Below are positions 29,292-38,482 of a stretch of 64,000 nucleotides of DNA, one piece after another. Every line of letters starts with the position of its first letter. Position 1 is the first letter of the stretch. The stretch is from Candidatus Obscuribacteraceae bacterium (lineage in GTDB: Bacteria; Cyanobacteriota; Vampirovibrionia; Obscuribacterales; Obscuribacteraceae): NCBI GenBank assembly GCA_044226015.1, contig JBGAHS010000006.1, positions 1 to 64,000 on the forward strand. The letters are read 5' to 3'. Under the pieces are notes generated by a model. That model was not told the DNA's origin and did not search any database. It saw only the letters and a list, made by a program, of their open reading frames with translations. Both the position numbers and the translations under genes were made by a program.

Positions 29292-30236
29292 TTACGCCTT
29301 TTGCGAATCCTCGCTGACGGGAAAGAGAGCGCGAATCTGCTCCAGAGTCTCGATGGCTGCTCCGGCGCCGCTCGGCACGAAAAGCACCTTGGCGCCGGCC
29401 GCGGTGGCGATTCGAACCTGAGCGTCGACAGCTTGCTCGAAAGCAAGCAGAGTCATCGCGTCCTTGGCGGTGGTTCCCGGAACTCCTTCTTCGAAATTCT
29501 GAACCGATTCCCGCAAACCGGAGATGACGGCTTTTCGTTCACCGGCCAGTCCTCTGCCACGAGTAACGGAGGACTCCTTTTCGGCTTGGGCGTCCTTGGT
29601 AGTTTTTGCGAACTTGGCCTCCGCGAGATTCTTGGCGGTGACAAGTCCCTGAGCCGAAGCATATTTGGCGTTGTTGGCCTTGACGATGGTGGCGTCCGGC
29701 GCGACTTTTGTGATCAGAACGTCGGTGATCGTATAACCGTATTCCGACATTATGGCGATGAGTTCTCCCTTCACATGGCCGGCGATCGCCGACTGGTTCA
29801 TCTGGATTTCCTCGAGGCTCATTTGGGGAACCTTGCCTCGAATCGAGCTGGAGACGTGCGACTTGATCTGCTCTTCCGGATTCTCCAGCTTGTAGAATGC
29901 ATCGCGAACCGAGGAGGCATTATCGTCGACCTGGTACTGAACATTGGCGGTGACAGTGACCGAGGTGCCTTTGTCGGTGTAGGAGACCTCGCTGAGTTCG
30001 AGCTGGCGAACGCGCAGGCTTATCGGTTCGGAGACCTGCTCGAAGAAGGGCAACTTGAAATTGAGACCCGGGCCGGCGATGCGATTGAACTTCCCGAGAC
30101 GAGTGACGACGCGCTTGGTCTGCTGCTCGACGGTAAAGAAACTTCCAAAGAAGCAGCAGACAAGGAAGATGCCAGCCGGCACGACGATTTTGCCCGCCAA
30201 CAAGATGGCGACCGCGTTGTTGAGAATGTTCATCAT
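29292..30236 (-). CDS. SPFH (band 7) domain membrane protein, tandem paralog
   Basis: Same motifs and clearly alignable with 28320-29231; start at MMNIL after AGGAG. Confidence 0.92.
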   Translation of the reverse strand: MMNILNNAVAILLAGKIVVPAGIFLVCCFFGSFFTVEQQTKRVVTRLGKFNRIAGPGLNFKLPFFEQVSEPISLRVRQLELSEVSYTDKGTSVTVTANVQYQVDDNASSVRDAFYKLENPEEQIKSHVSSSIRGKVPQMSLEEIQMNQSAIAGHVKGELIAIMSEYGYTITDVLITKVAPDATIVKANNAKYASAQGLVTAKNLAEAKFAKTTKDAQAEKESSVTRGRGLAGERKAVISGLRESVQNFEEGVPGTTAKDAMTLLAFEQAVDAQVRIATAAGAKVLFVPSGAGAAIETLEQIRALFPVSEDSQKA

Positions 30237-30348
30237 GTCTAAATTTCTCCTGTTCCCAGCTTTTGCTGGATCGATGCAGCTGAAGTCGCTGCTGTCTGCT
30301 GCTTTCTTTGAGTAGCAGACAGCAACGGCCTTAGACCATTGGAACAAA

Positions 30349-30382
30349 GATAGAGTCTCGTAGTTTCCCACGAGACTCTATT
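30349..30382. terminator. 12-bp stem-loop, possibly a bidirectional terminator
   Basis: ATAGAGTCTCGT-N8-ACGAGACTCTAT with short T-rich flanks. Confidence 0.5.
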
Positions 30383-30398
30383 CTTTCTGGCGTTTTGA

Positions 30399-30854
30399 TC
30401 AGTGGTGCAGCGGCTTCATCAGAAAAATGCCGTATTCGATAGCGACGAACATGGCATTGAAGACGAGCAGCGACAGCCAGAGCGGCAAACCGCTGTTCTC
30501 GCTGCGAACCAGTTTCACCGCGCCGAATTGATCGACCTGGCGAATTCCAGCGAGAGTTGCGACATCGGCGGCACCGCCGAAGACGCACCACGCCAGACCG
30601 ACAAAGAAGATCGCCGTGGCGCTGACGTAGAGGTCCCAGGTGACCGCCGCCCAGCTGAGCTGAAAGAAGATCGTCGCGCCGTAAGCGAGCCCGAACGATG
30701 CGATCGACATGACGAACGCGGTGCCGAAATAGTGCGTGTAGCTGCGCGAGATGAAATTCGTCAGGGCGCCGCTGATGACGGGCTTCTTGACGAAGTGATT
30801 TTCGGCAGCTGCGATCAGTGCGACAGTGATGACGAGAATGGCAAGGCTATCCAT
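30399..30854 (-). CDS. Membrane protein (151 aa)
   Basis: AAGGAG SD; four TMs. Confidence 0.72.
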   Translation of the reverse strand: MDSLAILVITVALIAAAENHFVKKPVISGALTNFISRSYTHYFGTAFVMSIASFGLAYGATIFFQLSWAAVTWDLYVSATAIFFVGLAWCVFGGAADVATLAGIRQVDQFGAVKLVRSENSGLPLWLSLLVFNAMFVAIEYGIFLMKPLHH

Positions 30855-30969
30855 CTTTCTAGTCTCCTTTTGGTTTCCGGACAAGAGCCATGATGCTGTA
30901 AACTGCACCATTGGTGGTGACCATGGCTCACGAATTGAGTGGCGCTCAATTCATCAACCATGCATCAAA

Positions 30970-31406
30970 TTTCAGCTGGGCATGAGCGCCCAGCTGATTT
31001 GTGAGAATGACGAGTTGATCAGTCGCGGCTGCGCTGGCACTGCGCGCACTGGGCGCACTGGGCGCACTGCGCGACCGCCGTATCGATGCCGGACTTGCCG
31101 CGAATCTTCGCAAGAGCGATCTGACCGACCTTGCCGACGACGAACACGGCGAGCATCAGACCGGTGATGATGAAGGCGGTCACGATGGCGCCTTCGCTGT
31201 CCATCTGCTGGGCGACGGAGAGGGTCGGGTCGATGGCGGGAATGTCAAAGTTCATGTTCATGCTCCTGTTTCTCTGTTGGACTGCAGCAAATGCTGCTCG
31301 ATAAGAACTACTGTGATTCTCATCGAGCAGAATTTGAAATTTGCTAGCGACTTTCATCAAGCTGTTTGCGTTTCAGCTGGGCATGAGCGCCCAGCTGATT
31401 TGTGAG
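30970..31406. repeat. Identical 36-bp direct repeat containing a hairpin (30970-31005 and 31371-31406)
   Basis: TTTCAGCTGGGCATGAGCGCCCAGCTGATTTGTGAG occurs twice. Confidence 0.9.
31019..31255 (-). CDS. Single-TM protein with a C-terminal (AQC)4 repeat
   Basis: AGGAG SD; TM segment; ...VAQCAQCAQCAQCQRSRD. Confidence 0.65.
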   Translation of the reverse strand: MNFDIPAIDPTLSVAQQMDSEGAIVTAFIITGLMLAVFVVGKVGQIALAKIRGKSGIDTAVAQCAQCAQCAQCQRSRD

Positions 31407-31429
31407 GATGAGGGGATCGCCCGTGGTGC

Positions 31430-31933
31430 TCAGTCTTTTCCGAGCGCTTTGCGGATGTGATGCTGAAGCTCAGCGCCGCTCAGCTTGGTCGACGGAGTGC
31501 ATCCGCGCAAGGAGCGCTTGGTTCGCTCGCGGCGCGAAAGCTGAGGCTGGTCCGTCTCGATCGTTTGCGAAGCGGGGAATTGCGCCGCAGGCTCGCGACA
31601 TTGCGACGTGAAGAACATCGATTGGCGCGCCGCTTCGATGTCCTCATCGTCGAGCGCACGCAGTTCGCGTTCCTTCTGTCTGTTGCGATGGTCGTTGTTC
31701 CATTCGCAGTTGCTGTCGTCATTCTGGCGCCACGCCTTGTTGCCAGCGAATCTCCCGCGAATTCGTTTCAGCTTGCCGTTGGAAAGGCTGCGAAAACGCT
31801 TGCTGCGGGACACCCCTCTCAGAGTGGCATTGTCGTCCGGTTCGTCCAGATGAACCACGCCCGCCTCGAAGAGGTCTTCGAGGAGCCAGGTGAGGTCTTG
31901 GTTGCGGCCAGGGACATCTTGCAGACGAGTCAT
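31430..31933 (-). CDS. Arg-rich basic hypothetical protein (167 aa)
   Basis: AAGGAG SD before MTRLQD. Confidence 0.65.
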   Translation of the reverse strand: MTRLQDVPGRNQDLTWLLEDLFEAGVVHLDEPDDNATLRGVSRSKRFRSLSNGKLKRIRGRFAGNKAWRQNDDSNCEWNNDHRNRQKERELRALDDEDIEAARQSMFFTSQCREPAAQFPASQTIETDQPQLSRRERTKRSLRGCTPSTKLSGAELQHHIRKALGKD

Positions 31934-32181
31934 TTTTTCTCCTTGACGAAGATTCATTGTGTGCTGGTTAGGAAGGCAAGATTGTCTTCCTATATATTGT
32001 TGGAATCTTGCTTCAGATCTTGTTGGCGAGCCAACGAAGAATCGGCACGAACAGGGGCACGCAGACTGCCGCCGTCAGCGCTGTTTTATAGAACAGTTCC
32101 CACATGAAAAATTCTCCGATTGTTGAGTGGTGGCACTATGCCACCACCCATTCTTGTCGCGTGAGTGCTACGCGATGGAAC

Positions 32182-32355
32182 TCAGCCGAAGAGCTTGAAG
32201 CCGCCGATGACCGCCGCAGCGAGACCGCCGAGAGTCAGGATATTGGCGAGACCTTCGATTCCCTCGTTGCGGGTGCGGTAGGCGACCTGTCCGACGAAGA
32301 CGGAGACGAACATGGCAGCCAGACCGCCGACGAAGAGCTTTTCCGGAGTCAACAT
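32182..32355 (-). CDS. Small 2-TM protein (57 aa)
   Basis: MLTPEKLF...; AAAGGA SD. Confidence 0.68.
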   Translation of the reverse strand: MLTPEKLFVGGLAAMFVSVFVGQVAYRTRNEGIEGLANILTLGGLAAAVIGGFKLFG

Positions 32356-32434
32356 GTGTGTGTTCCTTTCTCTTATCCGCAACGTGAGAGAACCGCTATT
32401 GCCGCGGACTGAGCAATAGGCTGGTTGTTCACTA

Positions 32435-32932
32435 TTAGCCCCTCAGGTTGAAGGGCTCGGTGCCGACTGGCACGTGAATGCGGTAGCGAACAAGTGCGCC
32501 TTCCGGCTCACTCGGGCGCCCCCACTTATACTGCCAGCAAGAGGTGTCGTAGACTGCGACGACATCGGCAATAATAGCCGTCGCTTCCAGATTCTCGTCA
32601 GCGATGATTTCAGTCAACGCGACGGGTATGAATACTTCGTCGTATGTCCCCTGGTCGGCGAAAGCTCGCACAATGAAGTCATCGTGCAGTCGAGCAATCA
32701 AGCCGCGAGTATTTCGTTCTTCGTCACGAAATGCTTGCAAACGCCTGCCGGGCTTCTCGCGTTCGATCATCTTGATCGAACGTCCGATGAAGAGGGACAC
32801 CGCGAGTCCGAGTGCGGAACCGGCCCAAATGCAGCCCACGCCGATGAGCATGGTCTGAACCGAGTGACTCGACGGTACAAGCAGGAGGAAGCTGAGCGCA
32901 CCGAGGATGGTACCAGCGATAATGCTGAACAT
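32435..32932 (-). CDS. Membrane-anchored hypothetical protein (165 aa)
   Basis: Two N-terminal TMs; AAAGGA SD. Confidence 0.7.
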   Translation of the reverse strand: MFSIIAGTILGALSFLLLVPSSHSVQTMLIGVGCIWAGSALGLAVSLFIGRSIKMIEREKPGRRLQAFRDEERNTRGLIARLHDDFIVRAFADQGTYDEVFIPVALTEIIADENLEATAIIADVVAVYDTSCWQYKWGRPSEPEGALVRYRIHVPVGTEPFNLRG

Positions 32933-33110
32933 ATGTGTTCCTTTCGAACTGTAGACTTAGCTGCTCTCACAGCTTGAGCCATGTTAGATGCTCCAGGCAT
33001 CAATTGTGACCATGACTCATGGCTGGCGAAGTGCGCCAGGCATGAAGCATGCATCTTTCTAGAGAATAGTGGTGGCACCATAAGCGCCACCACCTTTTTT
33101 GCTGAGTTGC

Positions 33111-35411
33111 TCAGTGCTTTTTCTTCTTATGCTTCTTCGGCGCCTGTTCGGTCGGAGTTGCCGAGGAAGGAAACTCCGAAGCCAGATTCAGGAACGCCGG
33201 AGGCGGCGGCGAGTAGACTTCGACCTTGGGAGCCGGAGCTTCGACCTTGGGAGCCGGAGCTTCGACCTTGGGAGCCGGAGCTTCGACCTTGGGAGCCGGA
33301 GCCTCGACCTTGGGAGCCGGAGCCTCGACCTTGGGAGCCGGAGCCTCGACCTTGGGAGCCGGAGCCTCGACCCTGCGAGCCGGAGCCTCGACCTTCGCAG
33401 GTTTCGGCTGCGACGCTTCCTTCCGAGCAAGTTCGTCAGAGTCTTCCTTCTGAAGCAGCTGGTCGATCTCATCGGCGGTCTTCACCTGCACCGGATGTTC
33501 GGCGTGCGCATCGAAGAGCACGCCGTTTGCAAATCCGTGATTCTTAGTCACGTTCGTTTGCATCAGCGCGGTGAGCCAGTGAATCTTTCCGGTCTCCGAA
33601 ACGACCAGCATGGCGCCGTTCAGTTTCAGATAGTTCTGACCGGGAAGAACACTGGAAACATTCGCGATGATTTGAGCGGGACCAGGCAGGTCATGCTCGT
33701 TCTGCGATTTTCCATCCGGGTAGTAGATCTGAAGGTCGCCCGTGACGCGATCGCTCAGTCCGATGGCCTTCAACGCGGTGGCGCTGGTGCCCTTCGGCTC
33801 GAACGGAATTACGCCGTAGATGCCCGTCGAGAACGACTGATAGGTCGGATAGAGATTGTCCTCCGGCTTGTCGCTGTCCGAGATTTCGAGCAATTCGCCC
33901 GACCACTGGATAGCAAACATGCTGCTGTTGTCCGCCCAGAGCTGGGCATATTGCCGAGCCAGTGCGGTGGGGAAGAGCGGCACTCCGGGGAAGCGCTGGG
34001 CAGCCATCGACGGAAGCATGTCGACGATATGACCAGACTCGGAGACAACCATGACGCCCGAGAGAACGGGAATCATGCCGCCCCATTGCAGACTCCAGCT
34101 GGTGTAAGGCACCAAGAGGTAGTTGTCACCGCCCACGGTGCGACCGATGATAGCCGGTTGCATCTGTCCGAACGGATGCCGAAGAGCGAACGCTGCCTTC
34201 AGCACCGGGCTGTGTTCGCCATAGACGAACTGCACCGGAACCGTCGAGCTGAACCGTCCTGTCTTGCCGCCGTCGACGAGGATGACCCCTTCGATGCCGC
34301 TTGCAGGGTAGGTCAGAACGTGGTTCTGCACGCGAGTCGGAACGCGCATGCACTCCCAATAGATGCGCTGGCGGTCGCCCTTGTCGTTGAGAAAGATCGG
34401 ACGCGGGTTGGGCAGCAGATTGGTGAATGCCATATCATTGGCATCGCCGCAGTAGTCGGGAACGGTGACCAGAGGCAGAATGCGATGCGCCCCCGGAGTC
34501 GACTGCGGAAGGCGGTCGATATGGGTGACGCGAACCGCGTTCGCCATCTGATATTTGTAGAGCCATTCCGTGTTGTTCGCGATATAGAACCACGCGCAGA
34601 AGAGCAAACTCACAGCCGACGCCGCGATGAAAGTCTTGTGCGAGCGATGCGGAAGCTCGAAGGTCGAGCGATCCATATAAGCGAACACTGACAGTGCGAC
34701 GCCCACGGAGATCATGACGGCGGCACCCAGATAGGAGTGCGTCGGCATGAAGAGGATGACGAAGAGAAACGACATGACGGGCGTTGCCCACCAGTGGTTG
34801 CTCTCGTCACCGCTCGGAGCCCTGAGCGTGGCGAATCCTTCGACAACCAGCGCGAAGAGGGCGAACACGATCGGGGCGAATCTGGCGAACTGGAAGGTAT
34901 AAGGCTGCACCGCTGGCAGTATCGCCGTCAGAATGAAGCCGTAGGACCAGAACAGCACAAACCCGAGAACGACCGGCGCGAAGAAAGCAAAGCTCCAACG
35001 AAAGAAGGAGCCCAGCTGCTGCGGCACGGCGAAGGAGCGCCCGAAGATGTGAATCTCGGAGGGTTCCAATTCGTCATGCGACCAGGCGCGACGCACGAGT
35101 TCCAACCCGAGCAGCACAGCGATGCCGCCAGCGCCGATGGCGAAAGCGGACGGTTCGCTGAGGAAGAGAAGGAACCATGAAACGACGACGCCGGTGACCC
35201 ACGCGGTGCGGTGCTTGTAGTCCTTGAAGTAGAGGAGCACAAGTCCGACGACAATGAGAAGTCCGGCGTCGTACCAGACTGGCACGAATCGCGCGAGCGT
35301 GAAGAAGGTCCACGCGAGGGCGAAGCCAACGGCGGTTTCTTCGATTTTGAACAGGACCATGCTCACGAAAGCCGAGGCTTTAGCGAGCAGCGAACTGATG
35401 GTGTTCCACAT
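33111..35411 (-). CDS. Large polytopic membrane protein with an extramembrane domain and (KVEAPAP)n tail (766 aa)
   Basis: About 9 N-terminal hydrophobic segments, a roughly 400-aa soluble domain, Pro/Ala/Lys/Glu repeats, basic C-terminus. Confidence 0.85.
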   Translation of the reverse strand: MWNTISSLLAKASAFVSMVLFKIEETAVGFALAWTFFTLARFVPVWYDAGLLIVVGLVLLYFKDYKHRTAWVTGVVVSWFLLFLSEPSAFAIGAGGIAVLLGLELVRRAWSHDELEPSEIHIFGRSFAVPQQLGSFFRWSFAFFAPVVLGFVLFWSYGFILTAILPAVQPYTFQFARFAPIVFALFALVVEGFATLRAPSGDESNHWWATPVMSFLFVILFMPTHSYLGAAVMISVGVALSVFAYMDRSTFELPHRSHKTFIAASAVSLLFCAWFYIANNTEWLYKYQMANAVRVTHIDRLPQSTPGAHRILPLVTVPDYCGDANDMAFTNLLPNPRPIFLNDKGDRQRIYWECMRVPTRVQNHVLTYPASGIEGVILVDGGKTGRFSSTVPVQFVYGEHSPVLKAAFALRHPFGQMQPAIIGRTVGGDNYLLVPYTSWSLQWGGMIPVLSGVMVVSESGHIVDMLPSMAAQRFPGVPLFPTALARQYAQLWADNSSMFAIQWSGELLEISDSDKPEDNLYPTYQSFSTGIYGVIPFEPKGTSATALKAIGLSDRVTGDLQIYYPDGKSQNEHDLPGPAQIIANVSSVLPGQNYLKLNGAMLVVSETGKIHWLTALMQTNVTKNHGFANGVLFDAHAEHPVQVKTADEIDQLLQKEDSDELARKEASQPKPAKVEAPARRVEAPAPKVEAPAPKVEAPAPKVEAPAPKVEAPAPKVEAPAPKVEAPAPKVEVYSPPPPAFLNLASEFPSSATPTEQAPKKHKKKKH
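33218..33395 (-). repeat. In-frame 21-bp tandem repeat (about 8.5 units) encoding KVEAPAP
   Basis: GGAGC(T/C)TCGACCTTGGGAGCC repeated. Confidence 0.95.
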
Positions 35412-35833
35412 TCAGTTTATCCCTGAGTTGTGTCGCATTTGCGACGTTGCGTTGTGGATAAATCCACTAATTGAACTGCTTTGGTTTTGCTATAAGAAAG
35501 GTAGGATTTGTTTTCGAAAAAGGCGCAAGACCAGCAATTTGATTGCTGGTCTAATGCTTGTTGGAATGTTGTTATAGTGTCGTTTTGCTCGAATGAAATC
35601 CGCGTGATGTGTAAAAGAAGATTCCTTCATTCTAGATAGAAGACAAATTCCAACACAAGGTTTTCAAGCGGTGCTGATTATTAAAACTGCAATTCATTGC
35701 ATTAACTTGCGCGCTAACTTGCTATCTGACTCTCTTAACGCGAGCTTAAACGCTAGGATGCGAACTTCGCAGTAAACTTCGCGGTTTTGAGGAAGAGGCA
35801 CTGAATGCCCCTTCCTCAGATAGCAGCATCATA

Positions 35834-36784
35834 TTAATGACGATGCTTGCCTTTCGTCTTAGACTTCGGCATCGCCGGAGTCAAAGGCGATTTGTCACGC
35901 TCTGTTGAAGTGGTCGGCGCTGTAACCAGTGGCACCGGTGACGGTGTCACTGTCTGCTGCGCTTCATCCACCGGGCGATATTCATGGGATGGAGAAGCGG
36001 CGTCGACCTTCTTGGGCTCAGTCGCTTGATAGATGTTGCTGACCAGCGGAGAAGGGGGTGTTTTCTTTTGCGGATGGCTTGCAGCAGCAATGATGGCTCC
36101 AATCACTCCAATAATTAGAATGATGCGTGCCCAAGCTATGAGCTTAGCCTCCCTTTTCTCCTTCTGCGCCTTTTTCTGCTTTTCCTTTTGCAGCCGGTCC
36201 CACGCATTCCACCGCGCCCGTTGTGCCTGGGCTTCTGCATTCTCTTTCTGCCGTTTGGCGTTGAGAGCTTCTCCGGCAAGAAGAATGAACTGGCGTATCA
36301 GCTCAAGCTGCTGGGCTAAGTTGTAACCTTTGATCTTCTGCTCAAACTCTTCCCATGGGTCGTTGAACGATGGTCCCTGCTGATAGTGAGCTTGTCCTTG
36401 CCAATGATGATCGTGACCGCTGGCGCCGTGCTGCTGTCCCGCATTGCGAAACTCGTGCTGATCAGGGCGCCGTTGGTTGGGCCCATTCGTGTGCGCATGA
36501 GCGCCGGCGTGATATGCGCTGTGTTCATGAGCTTGCTGCGAAGCTCTGCTCGTGCGCGGCGGAGCGCACTGATAAGATTTCCAGTATTTGAGCAGCTCGT
36601 CTTTCGCGTTATTGATTTCCGCAAGACGTTCATCGGCTGCTTTCTTTTTTCTTGTGTCGGTGATCTTGTCGGAGTGATTCCTTTTAACAAGGCCTCTGTG
36701 CGCGGTTTTGATTTCGCTCTCGCTAGCTCCCGGCGAAAGACCGAGGATGGCGTAAAGCGCATCATAATCGATGATGTTAAACAT
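35834..36784 (-). CDS. J-domain-like (DnaJ class C) membrane protein with HSD in place of HPD
   Basis: LYAILGL...ASESEIKTAHR.LVKRNHSDK...EINNA.D.L; C-terminal TM and Pro-rich tail. Confidence 0.85.
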   Translation of the reverse strand: MFNIIDYDALYAILGLSPGASESEIKTAHRGLVKRNHSDKITDTRKKKAADERLAEINNAKDELLKYWKSYQCAPPRTSRASQQAHEHSAYHAGAHAHTNGPNQRRPDQHEFRNAGQQHGASGHDHHWQGQAHYQQGPSFNDPWEEFEQKIKGYNLAQQLELIRQFILLAGEALNAKRQKENAEAQAQRARWNAWDRLQKEKQKKAQKEKREAKLIAWARIILIIGVIGAIIAAASHPQKKTPPSPLVSNIYQATEPKKVDAASPSHEYRPVDEAQQTVTPSPVPLVTAPTTSTERDKSPLTPAMPKSKTKGKHRH

Positions 36785-37236
36785 CGGTTGTCTCCTTCTA
36801 GATGACTGGGCGTCATCGCAGTTGCATGTACCGACGCTCAGGCGTCTTTGTCAGGGTTTCTGCAAGGTCTGCATGATGCGTATATTCGCAAACTAAGATG
36901 TTCAAATCTGTAGATGAAGGTTTTGCTAATAAAAAGGGCAAAAACCAGCAATAGGACTTGCTGGCTGTGATATTGAATTGCGATTGGAAACGTTAGTGTT
37001 TGATGGAAATTGCTCGATGTAATTGTGCGAAAGATGATGTTTATAATCTAGCGAAATCTTCTCTCGTTTCAAAATTTTGGCTGCTTGGAGTCGCACTCCA
37101 AAAGTGCCATGAATACAGGAAAGTTTCGATGGCTAGTTAGCAGCTTCGTAATCTTACTAGAGAAAAATGATGCATGAAGGCTCTGCGATTTTATAGCATG
37201 CTGCGCTAAGCGTGACACTAGATATGGTGGCGCTAT

Positions 37237-37277
37237 AAAAAGACCACCGGACAATCAAAAATTGATTGTCCGGCGGT
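37237..37277 (-). terminator. Rho-independent terminator
   Basis: Minus strand ACCGCCGGACAATCAA-TTT-TTGATTGTCCGGTGGT followed by CTTTTT. Confidence 0.75.
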
Positions 37278-37430
37278 TGCAAGGTAATTTACAGAAGGTA
37301 CGATTACAATAACGAGACATGCGTGAATTCGCTGTGAAAAATTTTGCTCGATTTATTGACTAATCGTTCCTATATAAAGGAACGAAAAACGGGCTGGGTG
37401 CACAATTATGCAGCATCCAGCCCATATCTT

Positions 37431-38441
37431 TTAGTTCACCTTCCAACTTGCGGTGCCCAGCACAACGCCGTCTCCATTGGTGTCGCTGACCAGTGCTTCG
37501 ACGAGGTGAGTGCCGTCGCTGCTGACTCGAGTCTTTGAACTCTCGCAAACAGCTGTGAGTTTCCCCTCGCCGCTCCCGAGAAACTTCATGGAGAACCCGG
37601 TGAGGATACTCCGCGAACCCGGCGCCAATTTGTAGTTCAGCGCAAGTCCGGTCGACATTTCGATCAAGTTCATCAGCGCGGCCGGATGGGCGTGACTCGC
37701 GTCATCCCATTTGACACTGCCGACTCTCCAGGTGAAAGTGCCATACGCGACGACTTCGTTCTCGGAGTCGTAGATCGTACACGGCACTTCATGTTGTCCT
37801 CGACCTGGTATGCTGACGCCCTCGCAGACAGCACGCAGTCTTCCGCGAGCTTTCTTGATATACCGAATATTGAACGCGTGGAAGCGAGCAAAATCATTCG
37901 GCCGCGCTGCGGTTACTGCAAGGCGTGTGCATCGGAACATAAGTGTGACGAGAGCCGCCGCGTGAACGCTATTGAGATGATTGCAAACCTCGGAAGTCTG
38001 CTCCATCTCGTAAGCTGTACGCAGGTGCGTGAGCAAGAGAGTGTTTGCAGCGATGCTCCAATCATACTCATCGCGAACTGCACGCGATTGACCCATTGAG
38101 ACAATGCAAGCAGCGGAGTCGAGTCTCTCGACGGTCGCCCCGATACTGCCGGAGTAAGGCGCCATGTAGCCGATGAATCTGCTGAAGAGCTTCCGGCCGA
38201 AAGGAATGTGCGAGCACACGCCGAACATCGTGCGAATCAATTTGCCGACGTCGCCGCTCTTCTTCGTGGATTTCTTCTTCGGTTCTTTCTGTGGCTGTTC
38301 GTAGGGGAGGCACTGTTTGCGGTGCCAGCCCGTTATCGGTAGACCGCAGCGAGCGCAGTGATGCTCTCGCTCAAAATGAGAGTGAAGCGGAACTTGTGCT
38401 CCGCGTTCGGAACTCTCGGTATGACGAATGGTATCATCCAT
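37431..38441 (-). CDS. Hotdog-fold thioesterase (PaaI/DUF4442-like), partly duplicated, with an N-terminal Cys/His motif
   Basis: APYSGSIGA.V, NHLNSVHAAAL, YIKKARG.L.A; second HPAALMNL.E..TGLA; N-terminal CARC..H..C. Confidence 0.75.
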   Translation of the reverse strand: MDDTIRHTESSERGAQVPLHSHFEREHHCARCGLPITGWHRKQCLPYEQPQKEPKKKSTKKSGDVGKLIRTMFGVCSHIPFGRKLFSRFIGYMAPYSGSIGATVERLDSAACIVSMGQSRAVRDEYDWSIAANTLLLTHLRTAYEMEQTSEVCNHLNSVHAAALVTLMFRCTRLAVTAARPNDFARFHAFNIRYIKKARGRLRAVCEGVSIPGRGQHEVPCTIYDSENEVVAYGTFTWRVGSVKWDDASHAHPAALMNLIEMSTGLALNYKLAPGSRSILTGFSMKFLGSGEGKLTAVCESSKTRVSSDGTHLVEALVSDTNGDGVVLGTASWKVN

Positions 38442-38482
38442 TTAGAGATCCTTTCTGGTTCGTTTCTTCTGTCTTGCTCTGC

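Noticed and set aside
224..33100. Integron cassette array
   Set aside because: Genes are co-oriented with hairpins, but there are no RYYYAAC/GTTRRRY attC boxes and no integrase
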